DNA of 64,000 bases from positions 124,001 through 188,000 of the forward strand of contig JAAPAO010000004.1 in assembly GCA_013115145.1 (NCBI GenBank), given 5' to 3'. This document shows, piece after piece, positions 14,203-25,983 of this stretch (within the stretch, counting starts at the first letter, position 1; each line of letters starts with the position of its first letter). The DNA is from Perkinsus chesapeaki ATCC PRA-425. Lineage: Eukaryota > Protista > Perkinsozoa. A program made the position numbers and the translations under genes. Below the pieces are notes generated by a model. It had not been told where the DNA came from, did no database searches, and saw only the letters and a list, made by a program, of their open reading frames with translations.

Positions 14203-15868
14203 TCACGCTTTATTCTCTGTTGTCGCTGCTGCTGTTGTTGTAGCCTCTTCTCCCTTATTATTATTCTTCTTCAACGGTTTGGTAAGCAGGTGCCCCATTT
14301 TAACATTATCTCCAACCTCAACTGCCCAATCCATCGATTGTGGTGCTTCAAACATCATCACTATAGTGCTACCCAACCTATCATCATCACTTATTATAGA
14401 CATTACTAAGTGGTACTGATACTACATAAATGTGCCAATAGGATCACCATGCTGGAAGGCATTATCGAATAGCCTGGTCCTTATCTCTCCTCCGGTATAT
14501 ACCGATACTGACCTTAACTGGTTAGTACGAAGCTTGTTTTCGAATGCTAACTTAATGCCACCCACATTATACCTACCAACAACCCCATTGAGCTCTATTG
14601 ACAGCATGATTATATGGGATCAAAGTGACGCCGCTTGAAGTTACAATAGACTTTGATACATTATAGACGTTTTACGATGTAAAATGTATTCCCTCTTCTC
14701 CCATCCTATTACGCAGCCACTGGTACATAATGACATTGTCCAAATGCCCATGTACCCGATAATACAACCCTCTCATTAGCAGTGAATAGATCATCAACAG
14801 CTGATGCAAATGGTTTCATAACTGGTAGTACATCTCCAGGGAAATGCCTAATGAGATATAATGAGAAGTAGCCATGTAGCCGGTAACCCACATTACCTAG
14901 CTTGTTGAAGCTGGAATTTAGTAGGAGAATGGAATCTATGATAATCCCCAGGGGAAAGATATATAACAGCATACCTGTGATAGTAGTTATAGCTGATATT
15001 AGTAACATTCGTCGTATTACATTAGTTTAGAATCAGGATGTAATCTCCTTAATGGATCAACACCTAGGAACCCAGATAACATATATGTACCGCCTTTTAT
15101 TCCCGATATCTTAGGGTCAAGTTGAGGTACTCTGCTCTGACCACCTAATCAATAACAATGCCCTATCAATTAATAATGATATTTCCCTACGGTCAATGAC
15201 ACCCAGATTAACAATTTCACCATCACATGGACAGACCATAGTAGTCGGGGCAACATCCTCTATTGGCCGAGCCTACAATTAATATACGCATATTAGGCTG
15301 TAAGATATTACTCCATCTTTAAGTGCTCTAGTAAAGAACTCTTGGAAGGAATGATAAGCATCCAATGGATACCGTATTTCGTTCAAATCAGCCCCAGTAA
15401 ACTTAGCATACAGTTTAAAAAGAGGCTCTCTCATTCTCACAGGAAGTGTACGTGACATGAGACTGCCTGTTATTCTACTACGTGTACCTTAGAATGATAT
15501 CCTTTCTATTATATAATACCTTAACTTACGGCCAAATAAGAGCCTTGAATAGAAGAGTGTATTAGGAGATGTTATACCACTAGGATTGCCAACAACATCT
15601 ATGACCTAAACCCTATATTAACTATCATAAGGATAATAATAAAAGACAGCACCTCATTGTATTTATATTGGAATCCAAGCATAACTATAGCCCCAGCGGC
15701 AGCAGCATAAAGCTTTCGTCGTCTAGTTGCCAATTTACGTTGTTCCTCTACTGAGAATCTAATAACATATATATCCTCCTAAAACACTACCATGTAGAGG
15801 TACCTAGCACCAAGCTTTAAAGCCGCCTTAGTCTTCTCTGAAGGACCAAATGTTGGTATTGAGAACAT
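14203..15868 (-). CDS. PSD: Phosphatidylserine decarboxylase proenzyme (type I)
   Basis: YAVIYLSPGDYHRFHSP; HFPGDVLPV; NERVVLSGTW; VAAYNVGGIKL; self-cleavage FMLGSTIVMMFEAP; N-terminal hydrophobic segment. Confidence 0.92.
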
Positions 15869-15920
15869 ACTTCAAGATGGTTCAAGCGAAAGGCGGCAAA
15901 CGCCGAAATATGCGCACTTT

Positions 15921-15956
15921 AAAATGCCGGGCCCGGGGGTCGAACTCGGGAACTTT
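15921..15956 (-). other. tRNA 3'-half-like relic (T-arm/B-box + acceptor 3' strand + TTTT); no 5' half
   Basis: AAAGTTCCCGAGTTCGACCCCCGGGCCCGGCA-TTTT; T-stem 4/5 paired, canonical spacing. Confidence 0.55.
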
Positions 15957-16082
15957 GCACGCGTGTCATGTAGGAATGGGGGAATGCAGGGGTAAATTGT
16001 TAAAACACAACATCGTGTGAGACATATCTTTATTAGCTAATAAACATTAAGAATATAGTATAAATCAGTTTTCATATAAGTT

Positions 16083-17001
16083 ATGGTAACATCAAATCAT
16101 TATGGTAGTCCTTACGCTCCTACACGAGGAGGGTATCCAGATGATGATATTATCGATGATAGGAATCTTAAAGGTAAAATAAATTGCTATTATTTAGCTG
16201 TTATTGTTTATTTAGAAATCAACACCATAACTGGTATGTTGCCTGGTGTAGTGGAACAAGAGACTCCGCAGCAGCTTGCTTCATTCATAATTGAGATGTC
16301 AAAAGAGATATCAAATCTCGAAGAAGCTCTACGAGTTGAGAAGGAGAAGACAAGCCATCAGGCTGATGAAATATCGATATTACTTCAACAAATTCAATCA
16401 TTATCCCCCACCAACTCGGTGAACACTCGTTCATCATCTGATGACCAAACTACTCCATGCTATTCGCATAGAAACCGCTCACCTTCGTCTGTTAGAGGTT
16501 TGAAATCTCCTGCTGAGATTATTAAAGACTATGGTATCGATGAAGCCTCTCGTGAAGCATTGAACAAGTCACCATTATTGGCAACGCGTTCACGTCGTCA
16601 GAGAGTTGCAGATATGTTTATGTCAGTGATTCAGGCAATGAATGCCGATTCACCGGATAAAGCTTCTCAACCGGTAAGCAGCATACCCACTTCATCGTAT
16701 AGATGTTGAGTTTCAGGAAGTTCCTAAAACGGTATCCTCCTCCGAGGGAGACATAGCGTGCCTGACGTCATTAGACTACAGTACCATTTTCAAGGAATGT
16801 GTTAAAGCAGTCCAGCAACAGGTGGCTCCAACTACGGAGCGTCGCTGGGTAGCGGTAAATTGTTGATTTCCCAGCTCATAAGCTGCTTTAGAGCGTGATG
16901 TGTGTTACCTGTTCGGTTTGCCAATTTAGGATAACTCTCCGTCACTAGTCAGCTCTAGCGGCTCACCGCAAGGGCTCATTTTGGACATTGTTAGTGTGTG
17001 A
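16083..17001 (+). CDS. Hypothetical coiled-coil protein (multi-exon)
   Basis: ATG at 16083; GT-AG introns; heptad segment IIEMSKEISNLEEALRVEKEK; stop TGA at 16999-17001. Confidence 0.6.
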
Positions 17002-17371
17002 TTTGCTAAATCAGCACACCAAACATTGTATAAACTAATTCTTAGCCATCATCTCATTTTCATTTTTGTAACACTGTCTTGTGTCCATAAATTGGAATTC
17101 CAGTAGTGTGTATATTGCATGTGGTGGCGAAGTACTGGTACGGAGTTTCGGTTAGATCCGTGACGCGTGCGTTACTTCAATGCCGAGTGAGTGCCATACG
17201 ATGGAGTCTACCTCAGGCGGGTATTCGGCTGGCAATACTTCATGCTCAATGGCCGATTCGTAATACTAGTTAATCAGCACGCGCAACACGATAGACAAAC
17301 TTGAGAGAACTTGAATTACATTTAACATGAGGTTGATTGGTGAACATTCAAACAAGCAGTTAGTTTACAGG

Positions 17372-17443
17372 TCCGCGGTAGTATAGAGGTGAGTATTCCT
17401 GCCTGTCACGCAGGAGACCCGGGTTCAATTCCCGGCCGCGGAA
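17372..17443 (+). tRNA. tRNA-Asp(GTC): tRNA-Asp (GUC)
   Basis: Full cloverleaf: TCCGCGG/CCGCGGA acceptor, GTAT/GTAT D-stem, CCTGC-CTGTCAC-GCAGG anticodon arm, CCGGG-TTCAATT-CCCGG T-arm. TTTT terminator follows. Confidence 0.97.
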
Positions 17444-17489
17444 CTTTTCCTTCCGGAAATCAAAATATGTTAAGCTGCGGTACCAATGT

Positions 17490-19640
17490 TTATATATTAA
17501 CTTGGCCATCTATTCTGCCACTGTCCTTCGAGGAGAGGGTGTCATGAAGGCTTTCCAGTAGATTTCGAAGGCTCTCCCGAGACGCATTGGATTTATCGAG
17601 GACGCCGCGTATTCGCCCCAATAGAACAACGCGTTCCGAGAGCAACCTGGACAAAGGGGAGAAGTATGCGAATTTATATACCCGACGACGGTGGAAGACC
17701 CACACTGTGGACTCACCTTTGACGCTGTCTCTCATTCAGCTTCATTTCTTCAGCTTCTCTTTTACGCCTCGCAAGTTCAGCAGCAGCCATTCCCATTGGT
17801 GTCTTTGGCGTACGTGGTGGAACAGGGCCTTTACATGGCGTTCGCCTTGGAGTTGCCGAACTGTTTGTTGTCGCAGATGGGCGCGCTGGTGCTGTTGAAG
17901 GCCGCCGTACTCCCATTAGAAGTTGCGTTTCGAGGTTTTGCCTGATCAGTAAGAGGTAACGATAGGTAGTCTGCTGTTCGGTTCCATACCTCTCATTTCT
18001 AAGACGCTTGTTCTCTTCATAGAGGTTATTAAGCTCAACTCGTAGATGCTGAACATAGCTGACTCTTTTGCCTTGCGACAAGCGACTCCCTCCACACGAC
18101 GATTTGTCTCCGGCAGTAATGATTTCCATATCGAACTGCTCCATTATTTTATGGCATCGTGTAACCTAAGAACGAATGAGTAGTTCAACGAATTAGCAAA
18201 TCGAAATGTGCGTAATACTTCTCTAGACGCAGTTTCCAAGTCAGCTCGAGTAGAGGACAAATCCTCTAATGCATCCCGCATGGTCTTATTGGCCTCCTCA
18301 ATTTCCTCTTCTAAACTCTTCCGTTGTTCCGCAGACAGGCCAATCGTCTTGAGTATCTGGAGGATGACGTTATGAATTGCCGCGAAAGTGCACAACTATT
18401 CACCTCAATTTCAGCATCACGACTCGTCAGTTTCTCCTGTACTTCCGCCATCTTGTCTTCAACTGTCTTCACTACCTCCTTTAATTCTTCATTCATCTCC
18501 TCTAATTTTGCCATCCTCTCTGCCACCAATAGCTCTCTCTACCAAGTATGGTGAAGTAATGTCCTTCCCACGTCACCTACTTCTCCGGTTTCCCTTCTGA
18601 GCTCTACTAAAGCTCTCTCCACATCCTTCTTATCATTCTCAACTTCCTTCAAAGTCCCTTGGAGCTCCTCAACCTGCTTCCTTCCTTCATGGACCTTAAC
18701 CTCTGATGATTTGATTAGTTCGGCTTCTCTCCTCTGTGATTCAATCGCCATAGCCCCAGTGATGCCACCAACACATGCCTAGGACGAATGATGATACAGC
18801 AGAATGATGGCAAGCTTACCTTAGCAACAATAACAGCAGCCTCATTCTGAGCAAACAATGACTCATAATAGGATAGCTTAAACTGAAGATCTAAAGTGTT
18901 TGTTTCCATATTAACTAAGGAGTCTCCGGCAGTAGCCAAGTCATCAGATAGCTCAGTGGCTCTTGCTTTTGCTTCCTCTAGTGATGCACGGAGTGAAGTC
19001 GTCTCCAATTCCCTCCCAATCAGTTGTGATTCAACTTGTTCAGCCCTATCAAGCAATACTGATACTTACCATAATCCTTCCAATTATTATGCCTACTGTA
19101 TCCTCCATCTATTGCATTGTTCACTCATTGCCGATATACTATTTTGTTGCATACTAAGTCTTGTCTCCAACATGCGCACCTTCTCATTAGCTTCCTGTAG
19201 GCTAGCATTAACCGAGGCGGATTGTCTGGCCGCTATTGCTTCATTCTGTAAAAGACTTGACCGAAGCGATGCAATCTAATCAACTTTCCATGCTGTTATC
19301 CTAATAAACAATACTAACCTCAGCCAGTAGAGTTAGCTTCTCCCTTTGCCTCTCCTCTACTGTCTCTCTTAACATACTTTCAGCTACAGCAGCTCTCCCA
19401 GATGATATTAGTGTCTAAGTTGATATAATGTAAACACATTGTAAAGTATTTAATAATAACCTCTCGTGCTTTAGTGCTAACCTCAGCCTTCATCTCCTCT
19501 ATTCTATCCTTTTCTTCATTCAATTCTATTTCCATACTCATAAAATTAACTTTAATCTCATCTAACTCCTCTTGACTTAATCTTAATTTACCAATTGATT
19601 CAATAAGTTGTGTAGTAAGATTGGATACCTACCACAGGTG

Positions 19641-19674
<34 letters not shown>

Positions 19675-21874
19675 AATTACTACCAACCATCCATCTAACC
19701 TTATTACCTGTCCTTTAAGATCCTCCACTAACCCAATACGTGCATGTTGATGCATGCTGAGTGTTGCTGCATCTAGTAGTGGGGCAGATACCCTTCTTAA
19801 CCTTCTCCTCCTTCTCTTTACACTACTACTACTGCCGACTAATCCACCAGGTGTACTATATACACTTGGTGAGTCCTATAATAACATGTATAACGTTACA
19901 TTATAGCCAACTATCCTCACGAATGCTATATATGGTGATGACTCCCTATCCCCCTTCTTTATCGTTGTTGCTTCACTATCCTCTCCCTCATTAATAATAG
20001 TATCCATACATGGTATAGCATCAGCCTCATCCTCATCCTCCTCATCATCATCGACTTGTTCATTTCCTCTATCTTCTATTTCCCTTGCTAAACTATCTGC
20101 CCTTGTCTTAGCTATAACCAATGCTTCTCTAACCTCCACTAACTCTAGTCTTAATGATGACATCTCACCCAATCTGTTATTCCACCTCATTACCCCACCA
20201 TAACAGCGTTCTACCTTTTAGCCTCAGCCACCTTCAACTTCTCGTATCGTTCCTCTACTGCTTGCCTAGCTTTCTCTGCTACTTCCCTACCATGCTTTGA
20301 TGATAGTGCCTCCTCAGTCACCTTACATCATCAGCATTATCGCCAGTCATTATTTCATTACCCTCTCTAATTCCAATTTCATTTCCTTAACTTTCTCCCT
20401 CTCAGCTTCAACACTATCCTCATGCTTCTTAAACTTCAATCTACTTTCCTCCAACTCCTCCTCTACATACTCTATACGCTTCAATAAATCCCGAGTTCGT
20501 CTGTAAGCCGATAATAATACAACAGCACTTGTACCTCTACAGGGAGCAACTACTCACTGAGCCTCCTTGGACTTAACTTCCTCAATCTCATGCTCTTTAA
20601 TTCGTTCTAATGCATCCAACTGTCCTCTCATACTTTCTATCCTCTCCATCAACTAACACACTATCATCACCATCACCCATCACCCCCCCCCATTCTACCT
20701 CCTCATTATCCTTTTCTCTCTCTTTACCCTCCTCCGTTAAACTTTCAATGACAATCTCCATAGCAGCCATCCTCTCTCGATATCTACTACTTCAACATCT
20801 GTCATCCCATCTGCTTTGACCTTCCACTTTACTTATTAATTTCAACCTTCCTCCCCACCTCCCCTGCCAAAGCCTCTTCTGATCTCCGTTTCTCTTCAGT
20901 TAACTCAGCTATCCTCCTAGCAGAGGCATGCCTCGTGTCTGCCATCTGAAAAGTAAGCCACACTATTACTACTATCATCATCAACAACAAGCATGATCAA
21001 CATCTCACCGCTTGGGCGTGTAGTGCTCTTTCCTTAGCAGCTGCTTTCTTAACCTCATCTATCTACCATACAGAAGTAGTCCTACCAATCACTGCATATA
21101 ACTGCTAACCTCAGCTTTAAGATTGTGTTGCAATACATCAGCCTCTTTAACCTGTGCTTTACTCTCCTCTAATTCAGCTGCTACTAGTGATAGTCTACGA
21201 AGGAGCCTATCTATCCTTTTATCCCTAATCACAGGCACTTCTTCAATATTTAAATTACTTAATATTACTTTTCATCACCTGACATCTTACTCCCCTTGAA
21301 CTCCCTTATTTGACCTTTTAACTGCCTTACCAATGACTCTGCCTTCTCTCTCCTTTCCTTCTCAGCTGCTAATCGTTTAGATAAATCAATGCATTCATTC
21401 GCTTGAGCCTAATTTGTTGGATAGTTGTCCTTGTCCATTCCAAGATGATGATGAGGACGACGCTACCCTAAGATTCTCCTTCTCCAACCCTCTGCTGCCT
21501 CCTATCCTTCTACTACTATCCTCGTATAAGGAGCTTGCTGATGTATAACCAGAACAACTAATATCACCATCATCTTCATCTCTTTTATTAGTATCCATTG
21601 ATAACCTTCGTGTAGGTATATAAGCTGTAGGGGATGTCAACTAACATTAACCTAAATGATGCTCATAACTATCAACCCTAATTACCATTGATAGCTCTCC
21701 ATCAGATGATAACGATGATACCGAAGATCTCCTCCTTCGTTTATCACTCATTAGACTTTGCTTAGAGCTGCTGGAATGTGGTGGTGGTAATGCAGCTGAT
21801 ACCCTTGGTATCCTAGTCAATGGTGATGCTAGTTCCTCTAAAGGGAAGGTAGTAGGGGAGGATGGTAATAGCAT
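17490..21874 (-). CDS. Large coiled-coil protein (many short introns)
   Basis: A long series of E/K/L/A-rich heptad exons (ORFs 17713, 18144, 18311, 18539, 18715, 19876) with GT-AG boundaries; Ser-rich N-terminus. Confidence 0.65.
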
Positions 21875-21950
21875 TGGTAGACAGTATACTATTTAATTAA
21901 CAACTACTTAACAAAATCTATATTATATCAAAGACAATAATAATACATGT

Positions 21951-24223
21951 TCAATGGTAATAGTAATAACCAGTAGGATGGGAATGAGGAGGATGATGAA
22001 CGCTCCCTCGTGCCTCGGCTGCAGCTGCTGATATAGTACAAGTATCTTCAGTTAAATACCTACACCAACTTATAGAAGGGCCAGCTTATCGAGGTCACCT
22101 ACCATGGCTTTAGAACCTGTAGGAATTGAAACACCTTTTTGGCAACTTGTGTGTTATCAGGATTCTTATCAGGATGCCATCTCATGGTTAACTGTTTAAA
22201 TGCCGTCTTCCTGTTTGCTATTCCTTCACCAGCAAATAAGGATCCTTGCATTCCCTTCAATACCTCTACTTTCATATCATATGACGCTTTATTACACCAA
22301 TCATCATCATCTCTAGGCACTGCCATATATTCGCTAACTACAAACAGTACCATTATCAACAACAACAACAACGAAAACAAAAACAGTAGTAGTAGTAGTA
22401 GTAGTAGCAGCAAAACGTACCTATATCAGGTGGTGGTGGAAATGCCGTGCTTGGGGTTCGAACCAGGGACCTTTTCTGTTGTACATTAAAAGGCATACTC
22501 CCTGGTGGCATCATCATTGCAGTATAGTAATGTTGTTGTTGTTGTTCTTGTGCCTTCCTATATTCCTCTTGCCTTTGCCTCATATACTGTTCCCATTGTT
22601 GATAATATGCCCTTTGTGCCTCAGCATATTCTGCCCATTTATCTGCCTCCTCTTCTTCTTTCTTTTTCTTCTCCTCTTGGCGTATCTTACTATTATCTAT
22701 CCTATCATAATCCTCCTTTATATTATCATAATATTTATCATTATAACTATTACCACTACCCTCCTGCTGCTGCTCACCACTACTATTATAGACCACCTTC
22801 TCCCTTATCGTTACTGTAGCCCTACTAACCTCTCCTCTCCTATATCCACTCTTTCTTTTCTCCTTTCCTTCCTCCGCCATATGTCCAGTACCCCAGCTTT
22901 TTAATAACCCCAAATCAGGCATACCCGATGGCACCCCTTTATCATCTTCTCTAGGCTTACTAGCCTCCTTTACTGGAGATGACATTGATATATTACTTGT
23001 AGATTCACCAAGGATATGAAGCCTTGCCTCACTAGAGTGTATTGATGGATAATCCATACCACTCTTTCCCCCATTAATATCCTTATTACTATAGTCTATA
23101 CCCTCATCTTCATCACCTGGCTCTTTTGGTAATGCAGGAGGTAATGGTGGTAGACTAGGATGCCAATAGTCCAACGCCGCCTGTTGTTGTTGGTGAGGCC
23201 GTGCCTCCTCCATGGTGGATTGTTCAACTGCTATACCCTCCTCCTCTGGTTCCCTCTTCTTCTGTTGTTCTTCCTCTAATGCAGCTATAAGGCTTTCCTG
23301 TGCTGATGCCGCCTTCCCCATAGCATCCTCCGTTATCGATACTTGTGCCTTAAGATCATCTGATGCCTAAAACATCATTGACTGCCAACATGTAACCCTG
23401 GTCAACAACCTTCCCTTTTCCTTACCTTTTCCATATCCCTTAATAACGCTCTTGCTGTTGCCTTAATAGGTGTTGGTATTTGACATAACCCTTCCATATG
23501 TACCCATGCTGCTCTCCTATCATCTCCTCCTAATGCTACCATTAAGCATTGCTGTTGCTCTTCAACTTTATCTTCAACTTGACATAGTATAAAAGATTCC
23601 TCCCCTCCTTCTGGCAATACACCACATATATCCCCTTTATCTGGTAATGTAGTATATGCTATATTAGCTAGCGATAATGAGCTGCTGCATCCATTAATTA
23701 ATTCATCCCATCGTATCCTAATATCCTCTAATACAGCCCTAGCCTTCCTTTCAGCTTCCCTAGCCTTTACTACATCCATAGCATCATCCATTAACCTTCG
23801 CTGTAGCATACTCTGCCAAGCTGTAGATGTTCCTTCTAAAAGTCTTGATTGTACTCCATCACCAGTAACATTATCCGCCTCCCCTTCAACAATTGATGCT
23901 ATAGACCCTTGACTTGAACCCTTATCGTTACCTACAACCCTATTACCCACTTTCTCATTAAATGCTTTTCTCTTTCTCCTATAACTCATATTCGCCCCCT
24001 TCTCCTCCTCTGTCCCATCTCCTATTACTTCTATATTATGGCCTTTTGGTAATATTATCTTTGCCGCCCCTAACTTAACCTTCTCTATCCATTCCTTTAC
24101 CCCTTTTATCCTATACTTAAACCCTCTACCTTGATACCATTGTATGCATTTATATGAACATCCTCCCACTATAAATAATGCCCCAATAGATCCTATTGCA
24201 ACTACCATACCATAAGACGACAT
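21951..24223 (-). CDS. N-terminally membrane-anchored protein with C-terminal J-domain (HPD)
   Basis: ORF 23402-24223 (TM MVVAIGSIGALFIVGG) splices in phase 0 (MEK|ASDD) to ORF 22356-23321, then to RKTAFKQLTMRWHPDKNPDNTQVAKKVFQFLQ. Confidence 0.75.
22440..22474 (-). other. tRNA-Phe-like 3'-half relic inside the J-domain gene
   Basis: AAAGGTCCCTGGTTCGAACCCCAAGCACGGCA-TTT; 25/32 ungapped identity to the 3' half of human tRNA-Phe(GAA) as I recall it, first 17 nt exact. Confidence 0.55.
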
Positions 24224-24349
24224 AATATTACCATGATGATGATAAACCTTACCACCCTACAAGCAACAACAATAAAGCCTTAGCACCACGTTTAGACAAG
24301 CACAACGCAACAGTAGGTGTTTATTAACAACGTAAGAATATCATGGTAA

Positions 24350-25745
24350 AGTGGTGGTGATGATAATGAATAGTCTAATTCTTGTATGCTACTGCTATAC
24401 CACTCCTCCCCCTCCCCCTGCTGCTGCTGTTGATGGTCTTCTATCTTCTCCATCTATAATTAATAATATCTATCACTACCTAACCACCATAAGTTACCTC
24501 TTAATGTTGTTTGTGCCCTCTGCTGCTGCCGCCGCCGCTGTCGATAAGCATTATCAGTGGTAGTTGGACGGTTGTTGTTAACATCCCCTCTTAATATATT
24601 AACTATTGATGGTACCCTATATAATAGATAACATCATTACTTTAGTATAATGTTAATATTAACCTACCCATTAGATAATATTCGTCCATTATGTAGATTA
24701 CGGTTATTAATATAATCCCTAACTCTATTAGGTACAGAGTTGCCTTGTATCCTACTACTATTATCCTCAGCATAGCTACCATGCTCTAATAACACTTTAC
24801 AGCTTTCTCTACCAGCCAATGCTAACTGTGAATCTGCCCCCGATCCAGGAGGATAATCCTCACTAAAAGACAACACCACCACCACTAATACTATCTAGCC
24901 CATCCCCTTAGTTATCCCCTTACCTATATCTTGTATGGGCATCAAAATGAAAGCCCATAGTGCTTGTAGTTGGCTTTGGTAATGGTGGCTTACATCTCTC
25001 ACCAACACATTCCATTCCTCCAGAATTCTTCTGCCAATCAGGATAGAATTCATGTGATGCAGGTTTGGTGTATCTATATCTCCTATTACAGTATTGTTTA
25101 CCTTATTAACCTTACAATAGATATGCTTCTCTATCAATATGTGTTTGTATGGCTGGTCTCATCATAACCTCCTTTTTAGCTCTTGTATATATAACATAAT
25201 CATCAGTATATCTACTTTTACTTGTTTGTTTTGGACTTGGTCCATTACCCACACCTAATAGTATCACCACCCTAGAATCATCAGCCTAGTATAATATTAT
25301 CGTACTAGATGCTGGGCGGAAAGTCTTTGCTAATTCCTTATTAATAACAGCACCATGAAGAGGTAAAGGCTTGTATTGCTCTCGATAGGCTGACATATCC
25401 CTTGGCCAGAAAGGTGCCCTATTAGGCTTGAATTCCCCTATAAATCCTTATTAATAATACTGTATTATCACCATTACTACCTTTACGTGCCATATCCTCA
25501 TCAATCTTATGTATGCATGACATACTACAGCTATTACTACTACCATTTAATAATGATTTATCAACAAATGTATCCTTAGTTGTTGTACTATAGAATAACT
25601 TTCGAAGATCCTCAGTAGAGAACGATCCTCGTATCTACTAGATACCCTAACAAGAAGTCGAACAACCCTGAGACATCACTTGAGGTGTAAACCCTTGAGA
25701 AGCCATCAACTTCTTTTTAGCATCATTAACAGCAGCAGCTGGCAT
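24350..25745 (-). CDS. Possible SAXO/SPM1-like microtubule inner protein (Mn-type repeats)
   Basis: Spliced segments DMSAYREQYKPLPL and GFHFDAHTRY-SEDYPP resemble the SAXO 'T.Y+.DY.P' repeat. The 3' end is approximate. Confidence 0.4.
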
Positions 25746-25983
25746 TGTAAACTATAATATGAATATTAACATAATTAACAACACAATACTCAACTTCATA
25801 TTCATTAGCATCATCATCATTATTATTATTCAGGTTTACCAACCCAATAGATGGGAAATGGTATCATCATGTTACTAGATCATGGGTGGAAATACCTGCC
25901 GATTCGGCAAGTAGCTAAAACTGCATTAGGAAAACTAACTGTAGTCAGTATAGAAAAGATAACTAAAGGTAATGATATAATTA

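Noticed and set aside
15869-15885. ACCATCTTGAAG just before the PSD ATG as an SL relic
   Set aside because: Needs a 4-nt deletion to match the SL; too short to support.
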